Shown: piece after piece, positions 11,846 through 22,229 of the stretch
How positions within the stretch are numbered: the stretch's first letter is position 1
Layout: each line of letters opens with the position of its first letter
From: Andalucia godoyi And28
Lineage: Eukaryota; Protista; Jakobida
Direction: 5' to 3'
DNA length: 58,251 bases
NCBI GenBank assembly: GCA_009859145.1
Contig: VRVR01000063.1
Span: 70,983-129,233 of the forward strand
Translations under genes and position numbers: made by a program
The notes under the pieces: generated by a model
Told to the model about the DNA's origin: nothing
Database searches by the model: none
What the model saw: only the letters and a program-made list of their open reading frames with translations

Positions 11846-12412
11846 ATGGACAAGCAAAGAGATTCTCACGACAATAAAACTGTGGCGGTCCCTGAATCCG
11901 CCTTCGATGTCGAAGCGCCCACGCCCATGAAGCAATCATCCGGAGTCGAGCGATGCTGTGAAGAAGAGACTGGACAACATAACCAGCCCATCCATTCAAA
12001 AATGACGTCGGCGGTCACGACATGCGTTCCGCGGGTCGATTCAAAAGAAAAAGGCCAAACGTTCCAACTGTTTTCCTGCGAGAGATGTCGTTCCTTGCAC
12101 CGGAAATGCGGCAGAGAAGGACCGCCGTGCAGACGGTGCGAAGAAGCGGGAGAATCGTGCAGGTATGTCGGAAAAGCGCCTGGGCGTCCCACGAAAATAA
12201 CCGAAAAGTATCAAGACACACGAAACGACTGGATGGCGAAGGGATGGCGAGGCCCGGCCTTACCGGATGAGCGAGAAAATGCTTCGTCCAGTCTGGCATC
12301 GTGCTCCACAGTCATTCTCTTCAAACATCGTAGTGAACAAGGAACGCAGTTATTCGGGGATCAGCGAAACTGTCAACACGAAGAAGACGACACTCGTCGT
12401 GGTTGCGACTAG
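11846..12412 (+). CDS. Zn2Cys6 protein, subfamily A (A2)
   Basis: FQLFS-CERCRSLHRKCGREGPPCRRCEEAGESC-RYVGKAPGRP...DWMAKGWRG. Confidence 0.85.
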   Translation: MDKQRDSHDNKTVAVPESAFDVEAPTPMKQSSGVERCCEEETGQHNQPIHSKMTSAVTTCVPRVDSKEKGQTFQLFSCERCRSLHRKCGREGPPCRRCEEAGESCRYVGKAPGRPTKITEKYQDTRNDWMAKGWRGPALPDERENASSSLASCSTVILFKHRSEQGTQLFGDQRNCQHEEDDTRRGCD

Positions 12413-13560
12413 GTGCCGCCGATTAACATGCCGCGCACCATTGATTGGGCCACGACCAGTGTCAACGGTTCTGTATGTGACTCCAGATCGACGGAGAATG
12501 GTTGTTCGAAATTGCCATGTGGATTAACAGCCTGCTGGGCAACATTCTTTGTAGAAGACTGGATGCTCCGTAAAAGAGGGGAGCGGGCGGGGGTCTCTGG
12601 GCATTCTGGGGTCGGCGAAGAATGCTCGACAGTCTGACGCCTCTGGAACAAAAGGTCGCTCCATCTACTACACGATTTTTCTGGGATGTCGCATTCCAAG
12701 ACTCTCGTGGCCCAAACAAAGGCAGTCGATCATCAAAGGAGGAAACGGTTGTGCGAAGGCTGTTCAAGGCTCATTGCACTGCTGGCTGTGCACGTGCTTT
12801 CGCAAGGCACCGCGAGACAAATGAAAAAAATGTGATTGGTGGGCGCAAATTTGCAGAAAAATCACCGAGACGCACTGCCAGCTATTCAACAGTTGCGGTA
12901 GCCACCACCTTGTGGACAACGCCTTGCAATCAGCAGCGGGGTTCATGGTCACATCCACACAACAACAGATGGAAACACGAAATGGAGACACAGTACTTCT
13001 GCTTCCAGAAAGACAAGAATGGATGCAAGACAGAGAAAAGGGCGAGTAGACGAATGCTGAGAAGCCTGCCGGAGTATTTTCGCAAGTACTTCCAAAACGG
13101 GGACGTCAGTGGCTGTCACTTGTCAGAGCGCATCGCTTTACCTTTTGAGCACAGTGGGAAAATAACAGTAGTAGTACATGTATGTGAAACTGTTTACGTT
13201 TGCAAGCTGTCGTTCCTTCTTCTGCGTGAAAGAGCACTAGGATTCGATAGACGCCCAGTAGTGCGCAAAGCTGCAGCCTTGGAAAGAGCTAGTAGACCAC
13301 TCGCTTCGTGAAGAATATATGCAGATGAGGAATGTCTTTTGTTCAAAATACGGCATCAAATGAAAAGGAGACGACGGAAGCGGACGGACACTGTGCATGA
13401 AACTTTAAATTTTCGAAGCCGAGTGTTCCGCATGTCGTTTCGCTGCAGTCGCAGTATTGGTATTGTTCTTCGTTCCACCCTTTCAGCAATCGCGGTAAGA
13501 AATGATCGTCGCAAAAATGACATGTTGACAGATCATCATGAAGAGGACGCGTGGACCAAG

Positions 13561-14154
13561 CTACGTGCAATCGTGGACCGGAGTGGTCGAAGAACCGAAT
13601 GCCAGCAATTGGTTTGCGACGCTTTGCAGTATGTAACGTTCGACACTGTCTGCCTGATTGACAAACGAAGCGTCGGGAATGCATTCGACGGACGGGAGAT
13701 ATGAAATGACGTTTGGAATGAAAAACAAAGGCAACGATGGCGCTTGAGGAACCGCACCGTCGGCGGTTTCAGCGATTGGACAAAAGGAACCCAAGGAATG
13801 GTGGTAAACACTGCCGAAGGAGGACCCAGCAGAGAATGCGTCGAAAGGAACATCGGTCTGCAATGCAAGATTGTCGTCGCGTCTCGTTTGCTGTGTTGTC
13901 GAATGCGGAAGAGAACATCCGAGAAACTTCCGCCATCGAGTCTCCATGCGGTGGCAAGAAGAGGTGTTCTTTTTGGAAAGATGCGTGCTTGCATCTGGAG
14001 ATTTCCTCGGTCTACCGGCAGTTATCCCTGTGTAAACGCATTCTCGACCGGTGCGTAAACATCTGTTGCATACGGGACCATGACGGTCGCATCTCTTGTG
14101 CTGCAAACGACAGGAAGCACAGGAAGTGCCTTGAAAGCATTCTGGAGATTTCAT
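13561..14154 (-). CDS. Zn2Cys6 protein, subfamily B (B1)
   Basis: S-CASCRLQHKRCDRHGPVCNRCLRTGREC-VYTGITAGRP; the ORF-end motif QLLAFGSSTTPVH is shared with B3. Confidence 0.85.
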   Translation of the reverse strand: MKSPECFQGTSCASCRLQHKRCDRHGPVCNRCLRTGRECVYTGITAGRPRKSPDASTHLSKKNTSSCHRMETRWRKFLGCSLPHSTTQQTRRDDNLALQTDVPFDAFSAGSSFGSVYHHSLGSFCPIAETADGAVPQAPSLPLFFIPNVISYLPSVECIPDASFVNQADSVERYILQSVANQLLAFGSSTTPVHDCT

Positions 14155-14838
14155 CTCGAGAGTTTAAATTTCGAAAGAATTCATTCTCTTTGTTAGTCGA
14201 CAGTCGCAAGCTGTTCGTAAAAACGAAAAGAAAACGAAAGAACGGCGCAAGTTCCAAGGGAAGAAGGAACGGAAATCAGTGGAAAAGTCTAACGAAGTCC
14301 GAGGATCGCGTGACCATACATTCAATGCATGCACAGCCGGCAAACACGGTCGTGATGCAACACAAGCGCAAGTACAACCGAATTTGGACATCTGAGCAAA
14401 CTCAAAATGGAAGTTCTTCCACTCTACAGTCCGGCGTTTCCCGTGTGTGGTCCAAGCATAATCGCACCAGTTCTGCCTGAGCGCAACCACTGCCTCTGAT
14501 CCGACACACTCCGCGACGGGACGCGTAACTAGAATGCAGAGTCGATAAACACTGTGAGGATTTAGGCCCCTTCTGGAGAAGCCCACTTCAGCCAAACACC
14601 GCAGTGGAACGAGGGGCGCCAATTTTCCTTGCCTCGGACAGCTCGCTTGACCCAGCATGGAGACGATACATTACGGTCGCAACAGTGGAACTTCCTAATA
14701 CCAAAACAATCGAACATCATTTGTATGGACGTGCTTTGCAAGAAGGTACAAATAGTTGAGCGATTCACTCCACCTCCGCAACCTCTCTCTGTTTTCCATG
14801 TAAAAACCGAGCAAACTCAAAAAAGGAACCCAAACACA

Positions 14839-15057
14839 ATGAACCGTCAACAAGACCAAGACAACGGCAACTCCAACAGCGGCAGCCAGCGTGGCTTTGC
14901 CGCAATGGACCCGCAGCAGCAGCAGTCCATTGCAAGCAAGGGCGGCTTGACTGCGCAGGCGCACGCCCACGGCTACGACAACCCGGACGACTACCAGCAG
15001 GCAAAAGACAAAGGTCAGGTCCAATTCTCGAAGGGCGAGACTCAAAATAAGGACTGA
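14839..15057 (+). CDS. KGG-repeat (PF10685; Con-10/YciG/GsiB-like) small hydrophilic stress protein, 72 aa (KGG1)
   Basis: RGFAAMDPQQQQSIASKGG matches the KGG motif; very hydrophilic. Confidence 0.85.
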   Translation: MNRQQDQDNGNSNSGSQRGFAAMDPQQQQSIASKGGLTAQAHAHGYDNPDDYQQAKDKGQVQFSKGETQNKD

Positions 15058-16143
15058 TCCTGAGGACGTGGACGTGTGCAGTGTACGACGAGTCGCTCTC
15101 TCCAAAAAAGGCTTTCTGTAATGCAGTCTCTTTTGGTATCCAAAATCGTAAAAGCTGTATTCACGTTAAAAGACGTGCTTCCACTTTTTCATCTCGGTTG
15201 GCAGATTCTCTGGATGACACCTTCTCTTCCACGGCTTGCTCTTAGCGTCCGTGCAGAATTGAATTGTCAAATTAGCGCAAGTTCCACCGCAATTCACGAC
15301 AAAACGTCATTTGTCTCCAATCTCTGATGCTTTCTCGCCAGGACTTGTTCAACTAATAATCTTCTCATAAAAAATGAATGCGCCACATCCCGTCGACTGC
15401 ATTGACGCATTCAAGCGCCGTTCTCCCTCTTACGAGCTGTGCGATGTAGAAAGTCACCATCCTGCGACAAGCTCTTGGGCGGAGATCGTCTTCTTGCAGC
15501 GAAGTGTCGAACAAGCGTTTCGACAGGTTGAAACACTCGATAATGACTGTGATTGGTTTTCAGTACGCTCCCAATACGAAAATACTGGTAAGGTCTGTGT
15601 AGGCTGCCGTACATCCATGGCAAACTGCAGTTCCGTCTTCGGTTGACTGCATGTGGATACGATCCCGACGGAACGCTGCTTGGTAACTGGAATTCAGTCT
15701 CGCCACCATTCTACGTCAAATCCAAGAAGCCTCAATGGCTCATCATGACGGGCCACAGCTGATCAGCAAAAATCGTGTTCCAAAATGCAGCCCCGGGGGA
15801 TGCGACGGATTCTCGGGTAACTAAAAATGCTCCACCCCTTTTTCTTTTTCAGCCGATTGCGTTGCGGCGCAATCTAAACGTGAGGTATACTTTCTGAAGC
15901 TGTCAGAGTGTTTGCAGGCCATTCCAAAATAAAATTTAGGAATTATTCAAACACTGTTGAGCAATAATCAGTCGCGACAACTGAAAAAAGTGAAGAACAC
16001 GAGCAAACCGCAGCAAGAATGTGGCGACAAGCGTCCACAAAAATGAGAGCCGCATGCAGTAGAAATCTCCAAAGAAGCGAAAGAGCTACTTGACATCCGA
16101 TTGAGGCATTCTATCATCGATATCCGTCTCCTTCTTGTGAGCA

Positions 16144-16512
16144 TCACCAGTGGGGGGAAGTCGTGCATTGTCTTCGGACTGCGTCTGCAATTCCACCGCG
16201 CGACCCAGTCGTCATCCAGTCGTGACTTTGATTATCTACGGAGAATATGACGGTTGGGCGCCCTGGTGCCCTGCCTTTGTACACGCATGCTTCGTTGCTG
16301 GACGCGCAACGGCCGCATCGTGGACCTCGTCTGTCGCACTTTTTGTGCAGCTTTCTGCAGGCAGTGCACGAGTACAGCTGATACCATCGTTCCGAAGATC
16401 CTTCTTGTTGGTTCAGCAATTCCCTGTGTGCGGAGGTGGAAATGGGAGCGGCCGCGGTTGTTGGGGTCCCATCAGGCTTCCCATCGCTCCTAGTCGCTCT
16501 AACTTCGTCCAT
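16144..16512 (-). CDS. Zn2Cys6 protein, subfamily A (A3)
   Basis: WYQLYS-CTACRKLHKKCDRRGPRCGRCASSNEAC-VYKGRAPGRP...DWMTTGSRG. Confidence 0.85.
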   Translation of the reverse strand: MDEVRATRSDGKPDGTPTTAAAPISTSAHRELLNQQEGSSERWYQLYSCTACRKLHKKCDRRGPRCGRCASSNEACVYKGRAPGRPTVIFSVDNQSHDWMTTGSRGGIADAVRRQCTTSPHW

Positions 16513-16953
16513 ACCAACAGCCTTCAGACAACAACAGTGCAGGTTCTGGGGGAGGCGGAAAACTGCTCGGCAGCAAGAATCTTTTTTTGATTTCTGCCAT
16601 TCATGGGCAAACTGTCCGCTAACGGCGGTCCTAGTGTCTTCAATTGACGCTTCGCGCACTGCCCAACAACTGCCCCGTCGACAGAAAAGCTCCTCATTGC
16701 TGTTGAAGGCGCTGCATGTCAGAATTGGTCATCGGTCTTTTTATGGCTAGAATCCAGACACGAAATGATACGGACCAAACCGTGTTATGTCAGCTGCATG
16801 CACTTCGTTGACTTCCAGCGACTGATACCACAAACTGGAAGGAAGCATCGATGCACACAGCGATGATAAAATCGATGACAAGCAACTCCTGCAAAAAAGA
16901 AATGCAGAAGATCATTCGTCCTGCTCTCCATTGTAGATGATTTGGCGCAGCTC

Positions 16954-17979
16954 ATGAGGTCGGAGGAGTTTTTGTTCCTGCTGACCGCAAGTGCCAACAA
17001 GACCGCAAACGTTCGGATATTTTCTGGCAGATGGTATTCGGGATGCAATCAAATTGAGGAGTCCCTTGCACGGCGGATGGGATGTTTGGTGGATGTACTG
17101 CAAACGAGTGTCAACAATGGCACGCTTCCGTGCGACCCTCGATCGGAGTATCTGTTATTGTACAACGTGCAGAAAAGCGCGATTTCCTCGGATTGGCTGA
17201 CTGTCGACCTGCTTGTTCGGTCGCAAGCTGACAGTTGGGACTCACAATTTCATCTTCGGAGCGACATTCTTGTCGGAAGGTCGCTGCATGTTGCGATCCA
17301 CGCCGATACTCTGGAAGTCGTCAACGAGACGGAGGCACTGCTTCGTATGGGTCTCGCAGATGATGATGGTGACATTCCCATGCCACAATCGTCTTCTCCC
17401 AGTAACCCCGGCGGCCCAGCGTTGCCCCGTCCTGCAGTTCTCGGCAACCTGCATCATTCTTCATCCCCTGTGACGTTTCTTGCGCTCAAGGTACCCTCTG
17501 GAATGATGCAACTGGAAGACATTTTCAACGGATCACACGACGTGGATGTTGCAGAAATGCTTCGACAGGGTCGTTTAGGAGTTTTTACCGTCATTTCGGA
17601 CGCGTACGAGCATATCTTCAGTTCAGCTGCAGCACCCGTAGAGATCAAGCCAAAGTTGAGCATCTCGAGCGATCTGATCGCAATGACCGATAAACTCTCT
17701 GAACCCCCAACGGATTGTCACGGATTCATCCTGGAAGCAAAGGGAGCTCGACAGGATGTGCAGAGGATTGTGGATCACGGAGTCAGCAAGCTGGCAAGCA
17801 AGGTGATAGAGCTGCCGCCAGGAAAGGTGACGGCGTCCACCAATGAATCGGCAGTACATAGCGAGACGAATGTTACGGACCAATTCAAAAGGCTAAAATC
17901 TGTCTATCCAGAGTTTCAGGTGCCAGACAGGATTCCTCCGAGCGTGGAACTGCACGGCAAAGCATATGATGGTCAGTAG
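16954..17979 (+). CDS. Hypothetical protein, ~341 aa, family not recognised
   Basis: Long ORF with globular-like composition and a central Pro/Ser linker; divergent from A3. Confidence 0.65.
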   Translation: MRSEEFLFLLTASANKTANVRIFSGRWYSGCNQIEESLARRMGCLVDVLQTSVNNGTLPCDPRSEYLLLYNVQKSAISSDWLTVDLLVRSQADSWDSQFHLRSDILVGRSLHVAIHADTLEVVNETEALLRMGLADDDGDIPMPQSSSPSNPGGPALPRPAVLGNLHHSSSPVTFLALKVPSGMMQLEDIFNGSHDVDVAEMLRQGRLGVFTVISDAYEHIFSSAAAPVEIKPKLSISSDLIAMTDKLSEPPTDCHGFILEAKGARQDVQRIVDHGVSKLASKVIELPPGKVTASTNESAVHSETNVTDQFKRLKSVYPEFQVPDRIPPSVELHGKAYDGQ

Positions 17980-18131
17980 ACGTGCAGCATACGGCGTGTT
18001 TCTGTTTTAAGCAATCACAATGGAAGTAGATACGAACCTTTTCTTCTTCAATAAAATGGTGTCATTTTTTGTAATGGAAAGGGTTCTTTTTACACCCACC
18101 ATGTGGGCGGCCGCTCCTCTCCAAGAGAGAT

Positions 18132-19304
18132 TTATTGTGGAAACAACGGCGACAATTCAACAATCTGTGATTCGTGGTCTATTTCTGAAGTAGGAGCGAA
18201 CTGATTCAACCGGGGATGATTCATTTGTGCGTTGCCATCATGCTGCTGGGCAAAACACTGCGCAGCAGTGTCGACGGAATGCTTGGTGCAGCTTGCATGT
18301 GGACGCTGAGTACTTGCGATCGCATCGCCAGGGCCAGGACGTTGGTACTGTCGCAAACCGAAATTTGCAGCATCAAGAATACTCTCTCCTTCAGAAACGT
18401 GTGTGGCTTCATGGCATGCGCCAACGATTCGAATCGGACAGTAGAACAGAGAAGGAGATGAAAATAGATTCCCGACTCCTGGAAACTGGAGAGACTGGTG
18501 ATGTTGCATCTGCAGATGGGTGGATGATGGAAAGTAAGAATACGGAGAAACTGAAAAGATCGAGGCGCCACAACCCAACAATCCAGGGGACGCGACGTGA
18601 TTTGCTTCTGAAGAACAGCGAAATGGGAATCGAGGGACGCTGTCGTTATGATCGCGACTGATCAACGGTTTGTCAGGCAGCAGACACCGTTGGTGATTTG
18701 TGTCGATCATAACTGAAAGCGTCGTAGGTCGAACCGTGTCATGCTGGGCAGTTTGATCCGGAGCCAAGGGTGCATGTAGATCTGGAGGTCGTAGAACCAC
18801 CTCATCTACGTACACTGTTGAAGAGTTCGACAGCAGACCAGGCGGTGCGGTTCTACTTGCAATTGTCGTATAAAGAGGATTCCCGCTGTTTGCGTTTGAC
18901 GGCTGAGAAACCGCATGTTTCCAGTCTTGCTGTGCCGCCGATCCGCCATCGGAAACGTCGGAAGCTGTTTGTGCCAACATCATCCTCGTCCATGTTCTCT
19001 TCGAATTTCGAGTTGGCACATGCTCGACTTGCAAATTCTTGGCTGGTTGCTTATTCCGGTAAACTTTGGAAAAACGATTCTTGTGCCTGTCGACTGACGG
19101 TGTCTCTTCATTGGTATATTCTCCAAAACCAGTGCCTCTCTCTCTTTTGAGAGGTCTGCCAGGGGTTTTTCCGGTGTACACACACTCGCGACGTCCGTGC
19201 ACGCACCGCAAACAAGGGGGTCCTGCGCGGTCGCATTTCTTGTGAAGACTTCGGCAAGCTACGCACGAAGTAGACTGCATTTGGTCAGGGTCACAATCCT
19301 GCAT
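18132..19304 (-). CDS. Zn2Cys6 protein, subfamily B (B2), ~390 aa
   Basis: S-CVACRSLHKKCDRAGPPCLRCVHGRREC-VYTGKTPGRP followed by a long low-complexity region; SLF...EA...NF..RQ..R.PG shared with B3. Confidence 0.85.
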   Translation of the reverse strand: MQDCDPDQMQSTSCVACRSLHKKCDRAGPPCLRCVHGRRECVYTGKTPGRPLKRERGTGFGEYTNEETPSVDRHKNRFSKVYRNKQPAKNLQVEHVPTRNSKRTWTRMMLAQTASDVSDGGSAAQQDWKHAVSQPSNANSGNPLYTTIASRTAPPGLLSNSSTVYVDEVVLRPPDLHAPLAPDQTAQHDTVRPTTLSVMIDTNHQRCLLPDKPLISRDHNDSVPRFPFRCSSEANHVASPGLLGCGASIFSVSPYSYFPSSTHLQMQHHQSLQFPGVGNLFSSPSLFYCPIRIVGACHEATHVSEGESILDAANFGLRQYQRPGPGDAIASTQRPHASCTKHSVDTAAQCFAQQHDGNAQMNHPRLNQFAPTSEIDHESQIVELSPLFPQ

Positions 19305-19870
19305 TGGAAGCGCAGCCAAACATGCAATATCAAACGAAAAACGAGTGAAGCGACAATTCCGTTCAGCACTTGATAGCGCATTCCTATGACTTTCCGTCAG
19401 CTACCCGTGTGTAAGAAGGAAAGACAACGTCGCTAACACGTCCAAGTCAGTGAAGCCACAAGCATTTGGAAAAGCCCACTGGAAGGCAGGAACAAGAAAA
19501 GCGAGGGCTGTTCGAAGGCCATGCAGGCTTTTCTGATGATTGTCCGGAGCGATCCGGTCCCTTGAGGTCCAGTAAAAGCAGTTTTTCCGCAACTGCTCGG
19601 CTGCACACTGGGCCGTTCGAGCAAATTTGCGCAACTGTTTCCAGTGAATGGTCGCGTTGACGTGTAAAGACTGCACGACAATGGTTGACGACGGCAGCAT
19701 GCCCCATGCCCGTTCCTCGGATTGCGTTCGACAAGTCAAGCGACTTTCCTCGAATTCTCCAAAAAAGTACCGCTCTTAATTGGGGGCTATTGTTTTTTCC
19801 CCTCCTCCATCTGCAGACCGTTTTGGAACATGTTGGCCAAAAAGCGCTAATAGACTCGGCGAGTTTTGGG

Positions 19871-20314
19871 ATGACGACCACGCTGGGATTCCAGCTGCAT
19901 GTCAGCGATCCAGACAAAATCGCGTGGATATCGCACTCGGATGACTTGCAGGTGCATGTTGTCGGGAATGTGTGGGAGCTGGGGATGTGGCGTCCGGCAG
20001 GATTGCGAACGTTTATGCAGCGTCTGCCATCCGATAGTGCTCATACTTTATTCTACACGCTATCCGTTCAAATTCCTGCTGGCAAGTATTCTGTCATCGA
20101 GTACAAGTTTGTGATTTTCGACGTCTCGAAAGGCATCATTACATGGGAAGACAGGCTGGAGAGGAACAGAACCCGGAGTTTATTTCCAGGAAGTGACCCA
20201 TCTGCTTGCCCAGAATGCAACAAGCTGCGTTTAGAGGCGTGGAACACCCTGCACTTTCCATGTTCCTCCGTACACAAGCAAAGCGCATTCAAGATGAACA
20301 TTCACTTCCGCTGA
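19871..20314 (+). CDS. Stand-alone CBM20 starch/glycogen-binding protein, ~147 aa
   Basis: VHVVGNVWELGMW, VQIP, EYKFV, ITWE..ERNR are CBM20 hallmark segments; the ORF is open upstream to 19685. Confidence 0.75.
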   Translation: MTTTLGFQLHVSDPDKIAWISHSDDLQVHVVGNVWELGMWRPAGLRTFMQRLPSDSAHTLFYTLSVQIPAGKYSVIEYKFVIFDVSKGIITWEDRLERNRTRSLFPGSDPSACPECNKLRLEAWNTLHFPCSSVHKQSAFKMNIHFR

Positions 20315-20472
20315 CGTCGAGTTTCTTGACCAAACCTCAGTATGGACAATAAAGGAACTTTATATTACCATTCGTCAAATTCCTGTTCATCGAAGGCCGC
20401 AGGGTATTCCCGTCCAATCCGACGACGGTTTTGGGCTATGCGCGACATATGATGCACTGGGAAGAACGTGGA

Positions 20473-20712
20473 TTACTCTCTCCAGTCCTTGTCCTTGTTC
20501 TGGGTCTCGCCCTTCGAGAATTCAACCTCGCCCTTGTCTTTTGCCTGCTGGTAATCGTCCGGGTTGTCGTAGCCATGGGCGTGCGCCTGCGCAGTCAAGC
20601 CGCCCTTGCTTGCAATGGACTGCTGCTGCTGCGGGTCCATTGCGGCAAAGCCACGCTGGCTGACGCTGTTGGAGTTGTCATTGTCTTGGTCTTGTTGACG
20701 GTTGCGATTCAT
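20473..20712 (-). CDS. KGG-repeat small stress protein, 79 aa (KGG2), near-identical to KGG1 in inverted orientation
   Basis: RGFAAMDPQQQQSIASKGG; TATAAATA-like element about 95 nt upstream of the ATG. Confidence 0.85.
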   Translation of the reverse strand: MNRNRQQDQDNDNSNSVSQRGFAAMDPQQQQSIASKGGLTAQAHAHGYDNPDDYQQAKDKGEVEFSKGETQNKDKDWRE

Positions 20713-21297
20713 GAGTGTTCTTGAGAGATATTCGATCTTGTTGGGCGTCAAATAAGTAAAAGTCCGCAGCAGTGAGGTTTCTTTCCACAGATAAGAGGCT
20801 ATATTTATACGGTTTGCTTCATGAGTACATACAATCCACTTCAAATTTTGTTTGTTTCTTGACCTTGGGAACTGCGGAATGGAAGCATTTTGAAGTGATG
20901 AGATCGGAAAAGCCGGCGCACAAAAATTGCTCCCGTGAAGTCGGAGGGCATGGGGAAACTTCCTTCCACTTCCATTTTCGGATCATCATGCGATTCTGCG
21001 TGGTTGCAGCGGCTGCCGCACCTGCTTGAAGCGGAAATAGACGTAAGAAAGATGCTTCGGCGGGTCTCGCCGCTGGTGAAAAAAATATTGCACCCGTGCA
21101 TTTTCCAGTTGTGCTCCTTCGTCGAAGCGCTATCATCCAAATGTAGTCCGTGCGTTTCTACAAAGCTGCATCGGACAAATGGATTATTCCTTTGCCCCAG
21201 CTGTCTTCTGCTATTTGTTAAATTCTGCAGAATATGTCCGTCTTTTCCTCCACTTTTCTTTTTTTATTGCCGGAAAAAAAACATCAAAGAGAGAGCC

Positions 21298-21627
21298 ATG
21301 TCAAACAGTTCTGTTGCAGACGACGAAAACTTCGGTGACGACGGCCCTCATGTCAAGGGACCTCGCGGATTCTCCGCTATAGATCCGGCCTATCAGAAGC
21401 AGATCGCTGCTCGGGGAGGCCGTGCTTCGCATCAAGCCCGCTCAAAGGGTTACAAGGCCGGCGATGATGCAGGGTTCGTCGTCGGAGAGGACGTGAATAT
21501 TCAGGCAGACGACGAATACGTGCCACAAACAGACCCTAAAGACCTTCCGGGAGGCGGTGCTATTGCCAGGGATGCTCTTCGAGATCAGGACGAGCACAAT
21601 GCGCCTGGCATGCAGCTCAATCCCTGA
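21298..21627 (+). CDS. Divergent KGG-motif acidic small protein, 109 aa (KGG3)
   Basis: PRGFSAIDPAYQKQIAARGGRAS; head-to-head with KGG2. Confidence 0.75.
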   Translation: MSNSSVADDENFGDDGPHVKGPRGFSAIDPAYQKQIAARGGRASHQARSKGYKAGDDAGFVVGEDVNIQADDEYVPQTDPKDLPGGGAIARDALRDQDEHNAPGMQLNP

Positions 21628-22229
21628 GGCTGCGCGTGATTCAACTCTGAGGCTTTCTGCAGTGATGCGCTTGCAAATTCTTTATCTTTTGGGAGTCGTT
21701 CGTGCTCAGTTAGGGTAGTAGTAATGATTCGCCCTGTTCGCCCCATGTAACGTCGCATCGTCAGATAAGTACCGTAGACTCCCGCATTGTCCATGCAATT
21801 TCACAGGAAAGCATAAAAAGTAATGGAAAAAAGTCTTTAGGAACTGATCAGAAGAAAAGACTCGGTCCATTTGACGTCTAGCGTCGATGACGGAAACGAA
21901 TGCAGTCCGCCCACGGCCCGCTCCTCAAGTATTTCCAAATCTGACAAAGTAGAATCGACCGACTCGACATGTCATCCAGATCTTTTTTTTTATTAAATAG
22001 CCGGTTTCATTTAATTTCTTGTAAAACTCAACCTGCTCTCTGTTTAAAGTTTGAATAATTTTTTCCTTTCTTTCTGCTTCATTCCCGCCGTCGGAAGGAA
22101 ACCTACGCTTCCACGTGCTGACCGTTGAGTGTCAAGAAGTGGGCATATATGTGATCCGTAAGATGTCCCCGTTATTCTCTGCAAACCATTCCAAACCCTG
22201 TAGTGAACGTCAGCTCCATTCTCGGGCAA

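Noticed and set aside
12622-13311. 229-aa ORF
   Set aside because: No motif; lies between the decayed 3' regions of two convergent Zn-cluster genes
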